Source: Amoebophrya sp. A120 (lineage: Eukaryota; Protista; Dinoflagellata). From it: a stretch of 64,000 bases of DNA. The notes beneath the pieces were generated by a model. It ran no database searches and was not told the origin of the DNA. It saw only the letters and a list, made by a program, of their open reading frames with translations. Of the stretch, positions 35,404 through 46,770 are shown piece by piece. Made by a program: the position numbers and the translations under genes. The stretch's first letter is position 1. Every line of letters begins with the position of its first letter. The stretch covers positions 8,203,224 to 8,267,223 of the forward strand of contig CAJINV010000002.1 of assembly GCA_905178155.1 (NCBI GenBank). Reading direction: 5' to 3'.

Positions 35404-36750
35404 ATGTCGAAGACTACAGCTAATACCGCACGCTCATCAAAGTCGCAGGCGCGCAAAGCCATCGGAACGAAGCAGAAGCCTGCGACAAAGGCAGCTAGCC
35501 TGAAGCGGACGAGAAAAGGGACAAGTCATAAAACAGCCAGCAGCATGAGACAAATGGGAGCAAAAACAGTTGCTCTGGTGGGAAAGAAGAAGCATGTCGC
35601 GGCTACAAAAAGAGCGTCCGTCGTGTTGATAAAAAAGCCGCCACTGAAAATAAAAGGTTCCACCATGAAAATGGTTACGAAATTGAAAACAGCTGCTGCT
35701 ATGAAGAAACTCGCAACTACGACGAGCAGATCGTTGGCGCTACCACGACGCACGACGAAGTCCTCAGCCAAAACCACCAGCACTTCGTCCAGTTCCACGG
35801 CCGCTTCGAAGGCGAAAACCAAGACAGCTGCACGCACCGCACCCATTGCCATTCCACCTAACCAATCGACAACCACCACCACCGCCGAGGACTGCGGTTG
35901 GGCGGGGTTTTACTCCAATGCCACCTCTGCGCTGTACCAGGAGTACCATGACAAGGAGTGGGGCCGGCCGCGGCGGAACGGCATAGAGGATGATCCGATG
36001 TTGTTTGAGATGCTAGTCCTCGAGTTGTCCCAAGCCGGGCTCTCGTGGGCCACGATTCTGAACAAGCGGGAAGCGTATCGGAAGAGCAAGCTGGTGGACC
36101 TGGACTTTGTTTTAGAGAAGGTGCAGAGTAGTAGGAAAAAGGTTGGCGGTGCATCAACTTCGGCGAAAGCTAGTGCGAACAAGGCGCAAGAACACGCTAA
36201 GCTGTTCGACAGAGCCGTCGAGTACTTTCTAGCCCTTCCGGGCGAAAAGAATGACTCCATCGTGAGGAATCGCAAAAAAATCGAAGCGGCAATCTTCAAT
36301 GCGGGGAAGTTTAGGGAGATTCAGCAGCAGTACGGCTCGTTCTGCGATTTCATGTGGGCTCTGGTGGAAGAGCATGAGACCTCTTCTCGTCCAAGCAATA
36401 AAACCACCAGCGCTGCCCCCTTGGTGAAAATCAATAAGAGGGCAGAGTTGCTGGAGAACGTCAGGCAGAGGCAGCAGCCAAAGCCTTCTGACCTACCGGC
36501 ACCACGCGCTGCGGCTGGGGCGTGTAAAAATCCTATTATTTTGAAGAAAATGCCGGTTATCAACACCAGTTACAAAACGATGAAGGACATCCCGGCGAAG
36601 ACCTCTTTATCGGATTTCGTCGCGAAGGAGCTGACCAAAACGTGGGAAATGAAATTTCTCGGCACCACCACCGTTTACGCGTACTTGCAGGCGTGCGGTT
36701 TTGTCAACGACCACTTGCCCACCTGCTCCAAGTGGAAGGAGTGTTGCTGA
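35404..36750 (+). CDS. tag: DNA-3-methyladenine glycosylase I (Tag family) with a basic N-terminal extension
   Basis: Motifs: CGWA, YHDKEWGRP, LFEMLVLELSQAGLSWATILNKREAYR, IVRNRKKIEA, KFLGTTTVYAYLQACGFVNDHLPTC. Confidence 0.95.
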   Translation: MSKTTANTARSSKSQARKAIGTKQKPATKAASLKRTRKGTSHKTASSMRQMGAKTVALVGKKKHVAATKRASVVLIKKPPLKIKGSTMKMVTKLKTAAAMKKLATTTSRSLALPRRTTKSSAKTTSTSSSSTAASKAKTKTAARTAPIAIPPNQSTTTTTAEDCGWAGFYSNATSALYQEYHDKEWGRPRRNGIEDDPMLFEMLVLELSQAGLSWATILNKREAYRKSKLVDLDFVLEKVQSSRKKVGGASTSAKASANKAQEHAKLFDRAVEYFLALPGEKNDSIVRNRKKIEAAIFNAGKFREIQQQYGSFCDFMWALVEEHETSSRPSNKTTSAAPLVKINKRAELLENVRQRQQPKPSDLPAPRAAAGACKNPIILKKMPVINTSYKTMKDIPAKTSLSDFVAKELTKTWEMKFLGTTTVYAYLQACGFVNDHLPTCSKWKECC

Positions 36751-36909
36751 TTTCGATTTAGTTAGTAGCAAGAATGCTGCGATATAGCGATACCCATAGA
36801 TAACTCCGGTCATCTTGACAATTTTTTTCGAAAGCCGACGAATGTATGATTTGCTGTTAGATGGGACGTGCAGCGGTAAAAGTAATTGTAATATCTTTTC
36901 AGTCAACGG

Positions 36910-39900
36910 CAAACGAACTCGTGGCAGCGGGCAGCACCTTCCGCAAAAGGTTCCGGCACCGGTACACCTTTACTGGGACATTTGTGGGGGGGCGCGCGAA
37001 GCGTGAATACGATCATGTCTTCGTACGCTACAGAGATCGGGGTCTGTGCAGAGCATACCATGTTACCGACCAGACGCACAAGGAATCTGACCACAAACTG
37101 GTGACGATGCGGCTGGAAGGAAACGCGGCACGGGTTCCGCGCGCGAGGGAGCAGCTAGGCAAGCAACTGATCCGGCAGCAAGGCGAGGCGCTAAAGATAG
37201 AGGAGAAGTTGCAAGCCGTCTACACAGTGGACAAGCTGGAGAAAATAGCCGGTGGGGGGACCACACCAGCAACAGCAGTGGAAATTTGGGATGACTTCGA
37301 GCAAACCATGAAGCCACTGCTGCGGGAGCTGGAGGAGGAGTGGAAGAAGAACAAGACAGAAACGAGGAAAAAGCCCTGGATCGCAGACCGCACCTGGGAG
37401 ACCATCCAGATGCGGAAGAAGCTGAGGGAGAGCGGAAAACTCACGAAGCAGTGCGCGGGAAGGCTGCGCAGGCAGATCAACCGAGAGGTGCGGGAGGACA
37501 AGGAGCAGTGGCTTCGCGAGAAGCTGGAGCAGCTGAAGAAGGCGGATAGCAGTGGCAACGCAAGAACGGTATATGAAACAGTGCGGCAGATAGCGGGCCG
37601 CGCTCGGGCCAGGGCTCAGCAGAGCCTCCCGGGCGGGGAGGAGCCACACCTTGCGTTCTGGAAGAGCATCCTGGGCCAGGACCGACCAGACGCGGGGGAA
37701 GACCTGAAAGCGACGAAGGCGTGGAAGAAGTGCGAGCAACTCCTGTATGAGACCCCTCCCCGACCCGTGTGGACCACAGAAACAACAGGGGCCCCAACAG
37801 ACGGCGAAATCGACCAAGCGGCTAAGGAGCTGAAAAAAGGCAAAAGCCACGCCGGAGACTTCCCGGCCGAATTCTTCACCCACTCGGAGACCGCGCGCAA
37901 GGTTCTCCGCAGTGTGGTGCGGAAGATCTTTGAAGGGGAGGAAGTACCGCAGTCGTGGTTAGACGCGACAATTGCACTGTTGCACAAAAGCGGGCCACGA
38001 GCACAGCCGCAAAACTACCGCCCCGTGGCGCTCTTGCACTACGGGGAAAAATTAGTGTCCCTCCTGATACTAAAGCGGGTCCGCAAGTCCGCATACAGCT
38101 ACGTGAACAAGAAGCAAAAGGGGTCCATACAGGGGTTGAGTTGCCGCCACGCAGTCTTCCAGTTACTGCGAGACATGGAGACAGCCATCCGCAACGGCGA
38201 GACGCGAATCTATGACTTCATTGATTTTCAGAAGGCATATGATTCGCTCGACTGGGAGCGGCTCAATTCCGTCATCCGCTGGCAGGGATTCCCGCCAGAA
38301 CTTGCAGAGCTTGTCCGACGGATGTACCGCCGGGCGACTTTCTGCCTCAAGCTGGGACCGGGAAAACAAAGCAGCGCCGCCGAACAGCGGTCCGGGATAC
38401 GCCAGGGAAGCAGCCTATCGCCCCTCATTTTTATCCTCGTGTTAAATTTTGCGTTGTGCGCACTAGAGGAAACGATGACAGATGACGGGCTTTGGGTGGG
38501 ATGCAGAGTAGACCCAGCGTACCTGTCTTGGCTGGGGTTCGTGGATGACTTGGTGATCAGGTCAAATACGAAGGTGGAGGCGCAGCGCGTCCTCCTACAG
38601 CTGCAGGCAGCGTGCAGATTTGTGGGCCTGGAACTAAACGCGAAAAAAACGGAGGCGATGACGATAGGGCTGCCGCCGACGAAAAAGAACAACGAAGACG
38701 CCAAAAAGGAAAGAATCCGCACCGACGAGGCTAGCGGCGAGCGGTGGGGGTGGTCCATCGAGTGGGACGGGGTGGACCTCGTGCCACACCTGGCGGAAGC
38801 AGCACGACGCAAGCAGGCCGCGCTTCCGAAGGTGGGGAAAGTAACGCACTTAGTAGCCTGGGACGACGGAAAGTACAGCCTGTGCCTGTACAAGCGCACA
38901 GGCTGGGTGGAGCTGGACGGAAGGGAGACGCTGCGCTTTGTCCGCATGGGCAAAGTGCGATCTGTTTTGGAGGAAAAAAACATCCATGTGTGCCCAGTGT
39001 GCCAAGATGTCCTTCCGGACGAACGGGCACTACGGGGGCACATGGCAACGGGCTTCTGCAGAACGGCCATGACGGAGCGCGAAGAGAGACAGCTCCGGGT
39101 AGGCAGATACATAGAGGAAAAGGCCAAGGCACAGCGCGCCACAGTGCTTGTGCCGGCGGACCTAAAAACAGCAGATGGGAGCGAGATAAAAACAGTGCCT
39201 TCCTTCAAGTATTTGGGCACAGAAATAGCAAGCAACGCCAGCACCACCAAAGAAGTCGAAAGGCGGACGGGGATAGCAACAGCAACGACGCAGCAACTCC
39301 GAAAAATCTGGGCAGATAAAGGGCTCCCGCGGGAGCTGAAGGCGGAACTTTACACCTCGTTGCGCAGCTCGGTAGCGCTGTACAATAGTGAGTGTTGGGT
39401 CCCGCACGAGCACGACCTCAAGGTCTTGCGTAACTTCCAGATGCAGACACTGAAAACAGTGACGGGGGAGCGAAGGGAGTGGCAGCGGCAGCAGGAAAGG
39501 CAGGAGGAGCAGAACGCAGAGGGGGGGCCGGTAGACGAGGAAGCAGAATACACCAGCCGCATCGAGTTATGCAAAAGAGCAGGCATACTCGATATAGAGA
39601 CGATGCTACAGGAGAAGCGGGTAGCATGGGTTGCCCATGCATTCCGCGACACAACAGAAGCCTCAGGGTGGTGGATAGCAAACGAGATAAAGGCGAAAAC
39701 ACCATGGGGCAGGCTGGTGGAGCAAGACCTGCAGCACTTTGGCTTCGATGCCGCACAGATGGCGCAGCAGCCGCCAGACGCAGCGGCAGTGAAGGAAGCA
39801 ATGCGGCAAAAAAGAAAAGTGGACACGAGCAGAAGAAACAGGCCCAAGCAAACAAGGACAGCAACCGAGAAGACCGAGAAAATGCGCGAGGAGCAGCGCA

Positions 39901-40249
39901 AGAGAATACAGCAACAGCAAGAAGCGGAAAGGGGGCGAGCGGAACTAATTCAAACGATCAGCGGCAAGAGCTGGGTGCGTTTACCCGGCCAAAGACGGGA
40001 AGTCTGGCGTCTAGAAGAAAGCGACCAGGTGGTGTTTGAAGCAGACAGCACGGATTTTTGCGAAAACACAGGAAGAGAGATAGTGTATGTCTGCGGGGTC
40101 TCCTTTTACAAAGGCCAAGATAACACTTGGCACGCAGAGTGAGTGACTCTCCTGTCACTCCGCACACAGCAGTACTGGGTGCCCGTCCACTCATTAGAAT
40201 GAGAAAAGATAACGTTTATCCCGGACACGCACAAATATGATGATGATGA
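36910..40249 (+). mobile_element. 5'-truncated non-LTR retrotransposon (APE-RT, RTE-like)
   Basis: 12-bp TSD TTCAGTCAACGG at 36898-36909 and 40250-40261. (TGA)n tail. The ORF ending at 40142 has the end of an APE domain (YDHVF, SDHKLV) and RT motifs NYRPVALL, FIDFQKAYDS, GIRQGSSLSPLIF, FVDD, FKYLG. Confidence 0.95.
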
Positions 40250-40695
40250 TTCAGTCAACGGTTACGGTGGACAGTAAATTGTGGTTCTGGAGGGAACTAC
40301 GCATACGCTACAGGTACAGAAGGAAAAGCCGTCCCTGTAGTTGACGCACTTGTTCATGCTTTTTGCGAGAGTTCTCCTGCAGTGATTTTTCAGCGACAGC
40401 AGGTCAGGGAAGAGAGGCAAGTGTATTTGGAGGCGGAGACACGAGAGCCGAGAGTTTTGAATTTCTCAGGATGTGGACGAAATTCAGCTCCCGTCAGGCT
40501 TTTTCATTGTGGAAAGCAGCTTCGCTAAAGAATGGGCGTGATGCCAGCGCCGTCTGAGTAGAGGCCTTTCGACGTCTTCTCTGTGCCTGACATTTGTCTT
40601 TTCCATTAGTTGTTGAAAGCAGTTGCGTTTTTTGTCGAGAAAAGTTTTTGTTTTTCCATTGTGATTGTACCACTTACATATTCATCAAAACCAAA

Positions 40696-42263
40696 ATGAT
40701 GCAAATTTTCCTGAGGTCCGGAAGCGTATCAGCTCGACCGGGGACTGTCTACATCAGGTCGGGACCATTCAGAGGACTGCCGCTGGTCTCATCGACTGTT
40801 GAAAAAAGCTACGGAGTTGTTTTGCCGCGTTCCTCAAATAAACTGACTGCTGCGCAGCTACCAATTCCACAAGGAGCGCAGCACGGAACAAGTAGGCCAC
40901 ACAGCTCCACGACGGCGACAAGCAGCTCCTCATCTTCGTCCACTTCGGGCCGATCGGAATTTGATGACGATTTGTTGAACTTCGACAGGGACAGCCAAAA
41001 AAAGCAACGAAACCGCATACCATCTGTTTTCCGCTTTCTCGGCATGGAGGATAAAATTGGAGTGTTTGTTGAGAAAAGCAGGATGCTGTTCCCAGGGACG
41101 AGTGTTTTCACATCGCGAATTTTTCAAGTACTTGCATCGAGCAGAGGAAGTGCAGGAACTTCTACGTCTTCAACCTCCTCCGGTTTCACGGCCCTGCACC
41201 AAACCTCGGGGTCCCTCGATGCCAACAAAATCTTCGCGCGACGGTTGATCCTGTACGGTGGCGCGATTTGGGTTTTCTCCCTCGGCGCGCTATTTTTCAT
41301 GGTCCCGTTCTTCAAACTGATGTGCCAATCCGGGGGCGATAACGGGGCCGCGAACCGGAACTTCGTCGGCCACAAAACGTACAACCATCTGGAGAAGGCC
41401 GAAGACCCGGTTTGTGCAAACCGATTGGTGAAGGTGAACTTCAACGGCACCGTCGCGACCAACCTGGACTGGGAGTTCCAGCCGCAGCAGCATTCGCTCT
41501 ACGTCGCGGTGGGCGAAACCGCGTTGGCGTTTTTCCGGGCCAAAAACATCGGCACCGAGCCGGTCATCGGAACCTCCACTTACGCGATTTTTCCGCCAGA
41601 GTGCGGGTTGTTCTTCAACAAAATCCAGTGCTTCTGCTTCGACGAGCAGCTGGTGAACCCGGGCGAAGAGGTGGACTTGCCGATTTTGTTCTACATCGAC
41701 CCGGACTTCGCCTACGACAACCGCGTTGCCAAAGTGGAGGAGTGCGAGTTGAGCTATCTGTTCATGCCGAGCGAGTCGAAGGTGCCGACCGATTACGCGG
41801 AACTGCAGGAAATTATTACAATGAAAAATGCCCCCACCCCCCCCACTTGGGGGCATTTGTATTGCAAACCTTTCCAAATGAAACATTCGCCCTCTTGCAT
41901 CTATCAGCATCACAGATTTCCGATCGTGAATAGCAGAAATTTGCATTGCAAAAGATCCCAGCAAGACCGGCGCTTGTCATGCAAGCGATGCGACACACAC
42001 CGAGACTCTGCATCAGAAAGGTTCATACTCCTGTCATGTATGACAAAAAGTTTTCATTTGGAAACTTTGCATCACAACTTTTTGCAACTTTGGGGGTGGG
42101 GGCATTTTTCCTCGCGATAGAAATGCGGGAATTCCAGTTGGAAAAAATGAAGGCGCGGGAGGAGGAAATTGGGAGGCAAAACAAGGTGGTTCCGAAGACG
42201 CTGGGAAATTTAAACAGTTTGGAAGACATCAAAAATCATCCTGCGATTGCGGCAGCAATTTGA
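40696..42263 (+). CDS. COX11: Cytochrome c oxidase assembly protein COX11/CtaG
   Basis: TM helix ending VPFFKLMCQ, then WEFQPQQ, GETALAFF, FNKIQCFCFDEQ, LPILFYIDPDF. Exons 40696-41813 and 42125-42263. Confidence 0.95.
41814..42119. mobile_element. Introner-like TIR element, related to family E
   Basis: TIR tattacaatgaaaaatgcccccaccccc / gggggtgggggcatttttcctcgcgata. TSD GAAAT. Removal gives LQEMREFQ. Confidence 0.93.
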
Positions 42264-42972
42264 GGAAAGTCGGTGATTGGATGTTATTGAAAGAGGTGCG
42301 ATTTTTGTATAAGTAGTTGATGGCGCATGTAGGCGCGCGAGGCGCAGTTGTATCGACTGCAGAGTCGGCCGCGTGTCCAGTAGTGATTTTTGAGTTTGTG
42401 TGCAGAAGATGCACGTGGCCCCGTGCAAAAAGCGACTCGAGTCGAAGACATGATGTTGATGACCGGTGCTGTATGCGAAGGTGTCACTCTTGTTCCGTCG
42501 TTTTGCGACTGTCAGTCTCGTGTCACAGCACGTGCGTGCAATGAAAGTCGTGTGGTCAGCTGTACTCTTACGTCTCACTCCTCTCCCCACTAGCTAAGAC
42601 ATGGACAACTTATCTGCTTCGGGCGTCAGACTTCTGATACCGGGCACAGAGCTGCGTGTGAGATTTCTGAGCAGGAGGACCTAGCGCCTTTATTTCATGC
42701 TTTGTCTCTTTTTCTTCCAAACTGAAAGGGTTCGTAAAAAATTGGGGTGATTTTTTGTTGTCGTGGACAAGGAGACAAGTTTCTTTTGAAAAATAGCGCC
42801 AGCACTAGATTTGGAAGTCTGTGCCTCAGCAAAAACAAAGGCACTGTGGCTACAGCCTCGCAAAGGCTTGCTGAAGTTGAGTGGTCCTATTCTGTGGAAG
42901 TACTATCCGAGCTGCGAGTTCCGCCTCCTCATACATTACTCTGAATTAAAACACCGAACCAACATCGAAAAA

Positions 42973-43179
42973 ATGTCGCAAGCCTCCGGCTATTACCACC
43001 CGCACACCCAGCAGCAGCAGGACGAAAACGCCCAGCGCCAGGCAGTGATCGAAAAGATCATGGCGCTCCAGCAAAACCTTTCGGACGTGACGCTGAAGAT
43101 CGATGCTGCGAGGCAGGAGAACTTGCAGCTGAAAGAGGAAAACGATGTGCTGAAAGATTACGTGCAGCAGCTGGTATAG
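42973..43179 (+). CDS. Short coiled-coil protein (SCOC-like); may have a further exon
   Basis: IEKIMALQQNLSDVTLKIDAARQENLQLKEENDVLKDYVQQL resembles the SCOC pattern. Confidence 0.7.
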   Translation: MSQASGYYHPHTQQQQDENAQRQAVIEKIMALQQNLSDVTLKIDAARQENLQLKEENDVLKDYVQQLV

Positions 43180-46100
43180 TTTAAACTCGGCCGGTTCATT
43201 TTTTGCTCTGTTTTTTTTGTGCGCTTGAGAAACATTTCGACATGATGAAATACCAAACAACGAAAAAAAACAGGTTGCGTCTGTGGAGAGACCATCGGGG
43301 AGTGCGGGTTAGTGGCTCGATATTTGCTTCTTGCACTTACTTTTGACGATACCTTGCGGCTGACACTACAACTCATCTCCGACGGGGCGACGGTTTTTTC
43401 TAGTCCCCTTTCGAAGATACCGTGTACCAAAGCCAAAGCCGCGGGGTGCAGTTGGCGACGACTTCCTGAACGTCCAAGCGAGCTTTTTTGGTGGCGGAAG
43501 ACTCGAATTGCAGCAATTTGGTCGTCGAGCCTCCCGCACTGCGACGCGCCGCGTCACTTGGCGGGCAGCGGGTGATGAAGATATTTGACGAACACAGAAA
43601 GCAAAGGAAATTGCGGGAGTACTTGCGAATTGATAGTCCCACCTTCTGCTGCCGTCACCAGATAGCAGCATCCAATCCGTGTAAAGAAAATGATCTTGTA
43701 CGAGGACCCCTTCGGCGATGACAACCGCTTCCGCGTTCTCGAAGTGCTGGGCAGCGGTGCGGCCGAGCAATGTCGAAGATCAAGATGACGGGCGGAAGTT
43801 GTAGAAAGATTTGCACTGAATCTGAAACTGAATAACGAAGACTGCATTCACGGGCATTCGCCGCAGAGAAGACCCATCTTCACACCAATCGGCGTGTCGC
43901 AATAGGGGAAACATAGACGAGGGGTTTCTACTCGTATGAGGTGAGGATTGATGACCCGGCTCCGGGTCGTGGACCGGAAATTTTGAATTCTTTGTCCATT
44001 AAATTTTGTTGAGTTGGATAACAATTACATTCCGCAATAGACATAATATAACGAGAACGGAGCCAAGCGACTCCCTTTACTGTGTGCACGAATTCACATC
44101 GACTCCAGCATCCTGGATCGGAATCGCAGTCGAACTAAAAAAACGTTGGGCGTGTCTACATTGTAGACTCACCCCGGCAGTCGCTATGACTGTGTCAGCA
44201 AAAAGAAAAACACAGCCAACGAATATGTGTTCGCGTTTATCGTGGCGGGCGGTTCGTGTGCACGTTCACGGTTCCGCAGCCACCGCGGAGCATGTCTTCA
44301 CATGCGCGGCGTGAGTCACTATCATTTTTTTGTTAAGGAAGCACCGCGCACGCGCGCGCCGCATTGCTTGTGTGCGCAACCCATCCGGGAGCGCGCGAGG
44401 TCGCGCGCCACGATTTCCCCGCGTTCGCTGGTAACGTTTTGCCGCGCAGCGGCGCCGCTGCTTCATGCGCTGAAGACGCCCCGGCCCCGATTGCCCCGGG
44501 GTGCAGAGTTCGAGCGTCTGGCGCGTAAGCAAGCAGGGGGGGCCCCTGGGGTGATCGAAGGCGCCCGGCGACCGCGGTGGCGCGCCGCCCCTACGCTGCC
44601 GCCCGCGTGGGCGCCAAGGAAGCGAGGGACGCGCGCGGGCGCTTCATTCGAGCGGGGGCGAACGCCCGCTCGGACTTGGGGGATTCGGAAAACGAGTTGG
44701 CCACGCAACAGGCGGGCGCCGAGGCGGAAGCGGAGAACGTTGGCAGCGAGGCGGTAGGCGCGCCGGCGGCCTTATGCGGTCAAGCGGCCGGCCATTGTTG
44801 CGCCGGGGCCCGATAGGCGCGCGCTTCTTCTAATGTGGCGCGCGCGCCATGGCGCCGCTGGCCGGCCTCCCGCGTGCGCCTCGCTCGCTATGGGGGCGGC
44901 GGCTTCACGCAGTGCGTGTTGGGGGCGACAGCAAAAGCCCAACCATGCTGCGCGTAAATTCATTCGCGCAGCGCGCGCGAATTTAATCGCTTGGATTTCG
45001 AGGAGTCCAGCCGCGTGCCGGAGTCGTGGGGGGCGGCTGTAGTTTGGCCATCCTTATGCCATCGAGCCGGGAGCCAGGCAGCAGGTTGGCGTGCGAACTC
45101 GAAAAGTATGAGGGAGAGCCGCGGAAAGAGAAGGGCCGCGAGCCCCGTCCGCGTCCGAGGCCGTTCGGCCCGCGCCGGGTGCGCCAGCCGCGCAGTACCG
45201 AGCGAGCTGAAGGCCCCGCCGCTTTCTCCTGCGCCCGAGCCGGCGGGCGCGGGGTCGGGCGACTCCCACCGCGTCAGCGACTCCCACCACTGGGCGCTGG
45301 CGTTCTACCAGGACAGGCGAGCGCGGACGCTCTGGGCCGGGCCGGCCCTCGGGGGGGCCTCACGTGGTGCACAGTCGTACATTGAAAGTCACAGGCTCGC
45401 AAAAATTTCAATGGTGCGCGAGGAAATCCGTTCAAGCTGCATGTGTTTGGGTGTGCAGCAGGAGATGGACGACGTGCGTGCCTGCGCGCAGTGGGCCCCT
45501 TGCGCGGACGGCCGCGGGCATGCCCCCGGCCGGGCCCGGATCAATGGAGTTGTCAGCGCAATGCCGCGACGAAACTAACATCACGAAAGAGGAAGCAGGC
45601 AGCGGGGGCCCCCGGCGCTCTGGCGTGAAGGAATCAGCTCGGCGGTGGCTCTTGGGCAGTTGCCCGGCCGCCGCCCCTCAGGGCCCGGCCGCCGGCGCTT
45701 TTCTCTGTCAGTCCGCCCCCTCGGCCGGGGGGGTCGTTTTTCGTTCCTATCGTTTCTTTCAGCCCGGCGCCCCTTTCCGGCCGGCCCGCTGGCTGATCGA
45801 GTGTTCAACGAGTCCGGGCGTTCGAAGAGCTTCCTTCACTGTGTCGGCACTGGTGCCGGAGCAATGGAGACGACCCCTATGCGACTGGGTTTCGAGGCCG
45901 CTTATGCCACGGACAGATCCTTACTTACACGCGCAAGGGCCGAAGATACCAGGAGGCCACAGCGCTCGCTGATAATAGATCTTTCCGAACCCGCAGTGAG
46001 CGAGGCACCGATCAGAATGGAAGATACGCTGTCACGACGAAGCAGCTGGACGCCGACACGCACTCCGCGCCCTGCCGCCCCTTTCCTGTTCTCGAGGTCA

Positions 46101-46770
46101 GGTGGGCAGGCGGCCGGCCGGATGTGCTCGGTCGGTCGGTCGGTGGCCGGCCGCTCGCGCGCTCAATAGATTTCTTCGGTTGGCCGGTGTCCCCATATGA
46201 ATGCCGTAGGGCCCTTTGGGCAGGCCAGGGCCCGCCTGCGCAGCGCAGCCACAGGACGCTGGGGCGCACGCCTTTGCGCGTGCCAGTAAATAGGGGTCTG
46301 GCCGCGTTGCGCGCGGACACCGGCCAGAGGGCCGCTGTTGCTTCGTTAATTTACATGAAGATCCTGGAGGCTAATTCGATGTGCTCGCTTCCATATCGAA
46401 TATGAGGCGATGTCGGCGGCCGGTCGGTTGGTTGCGTGCTGGGCTCGCCCAATGCACGGGGAAGTCGCTCCCGGCCTTCGCTCCTAGCTCGCTCGGCGGC
46501 CCGTCCGTGCAGAACAGCTCGGTCGTGTGTTCATACATTCCATCCGCGCTCTGCCTGTGTTAATTTTTGAAGCCGGTCTTCCCGTTCGTCTTCGTTTCCT
46601 CTCGGATGCATCTCATGCTTACCTTTCCGATACCGTTACTTACCGATACCCGCCGATCGAGCTGTATTTTTATCGCCACGGCGACGGCCGTCAATCCTTT
46701 TTTTCAGATGCCCGCACTACTAACTTTTCCTCTTGCCCTTTTGTGAAGTTTTTCGTCTCAAGTAAGAAAG

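Noticed and set aside
43690-43790. Kinase-like fragment FRVLEVLGSG
   Set aside because: No downstream kinase motifs follow, and the match is too short.
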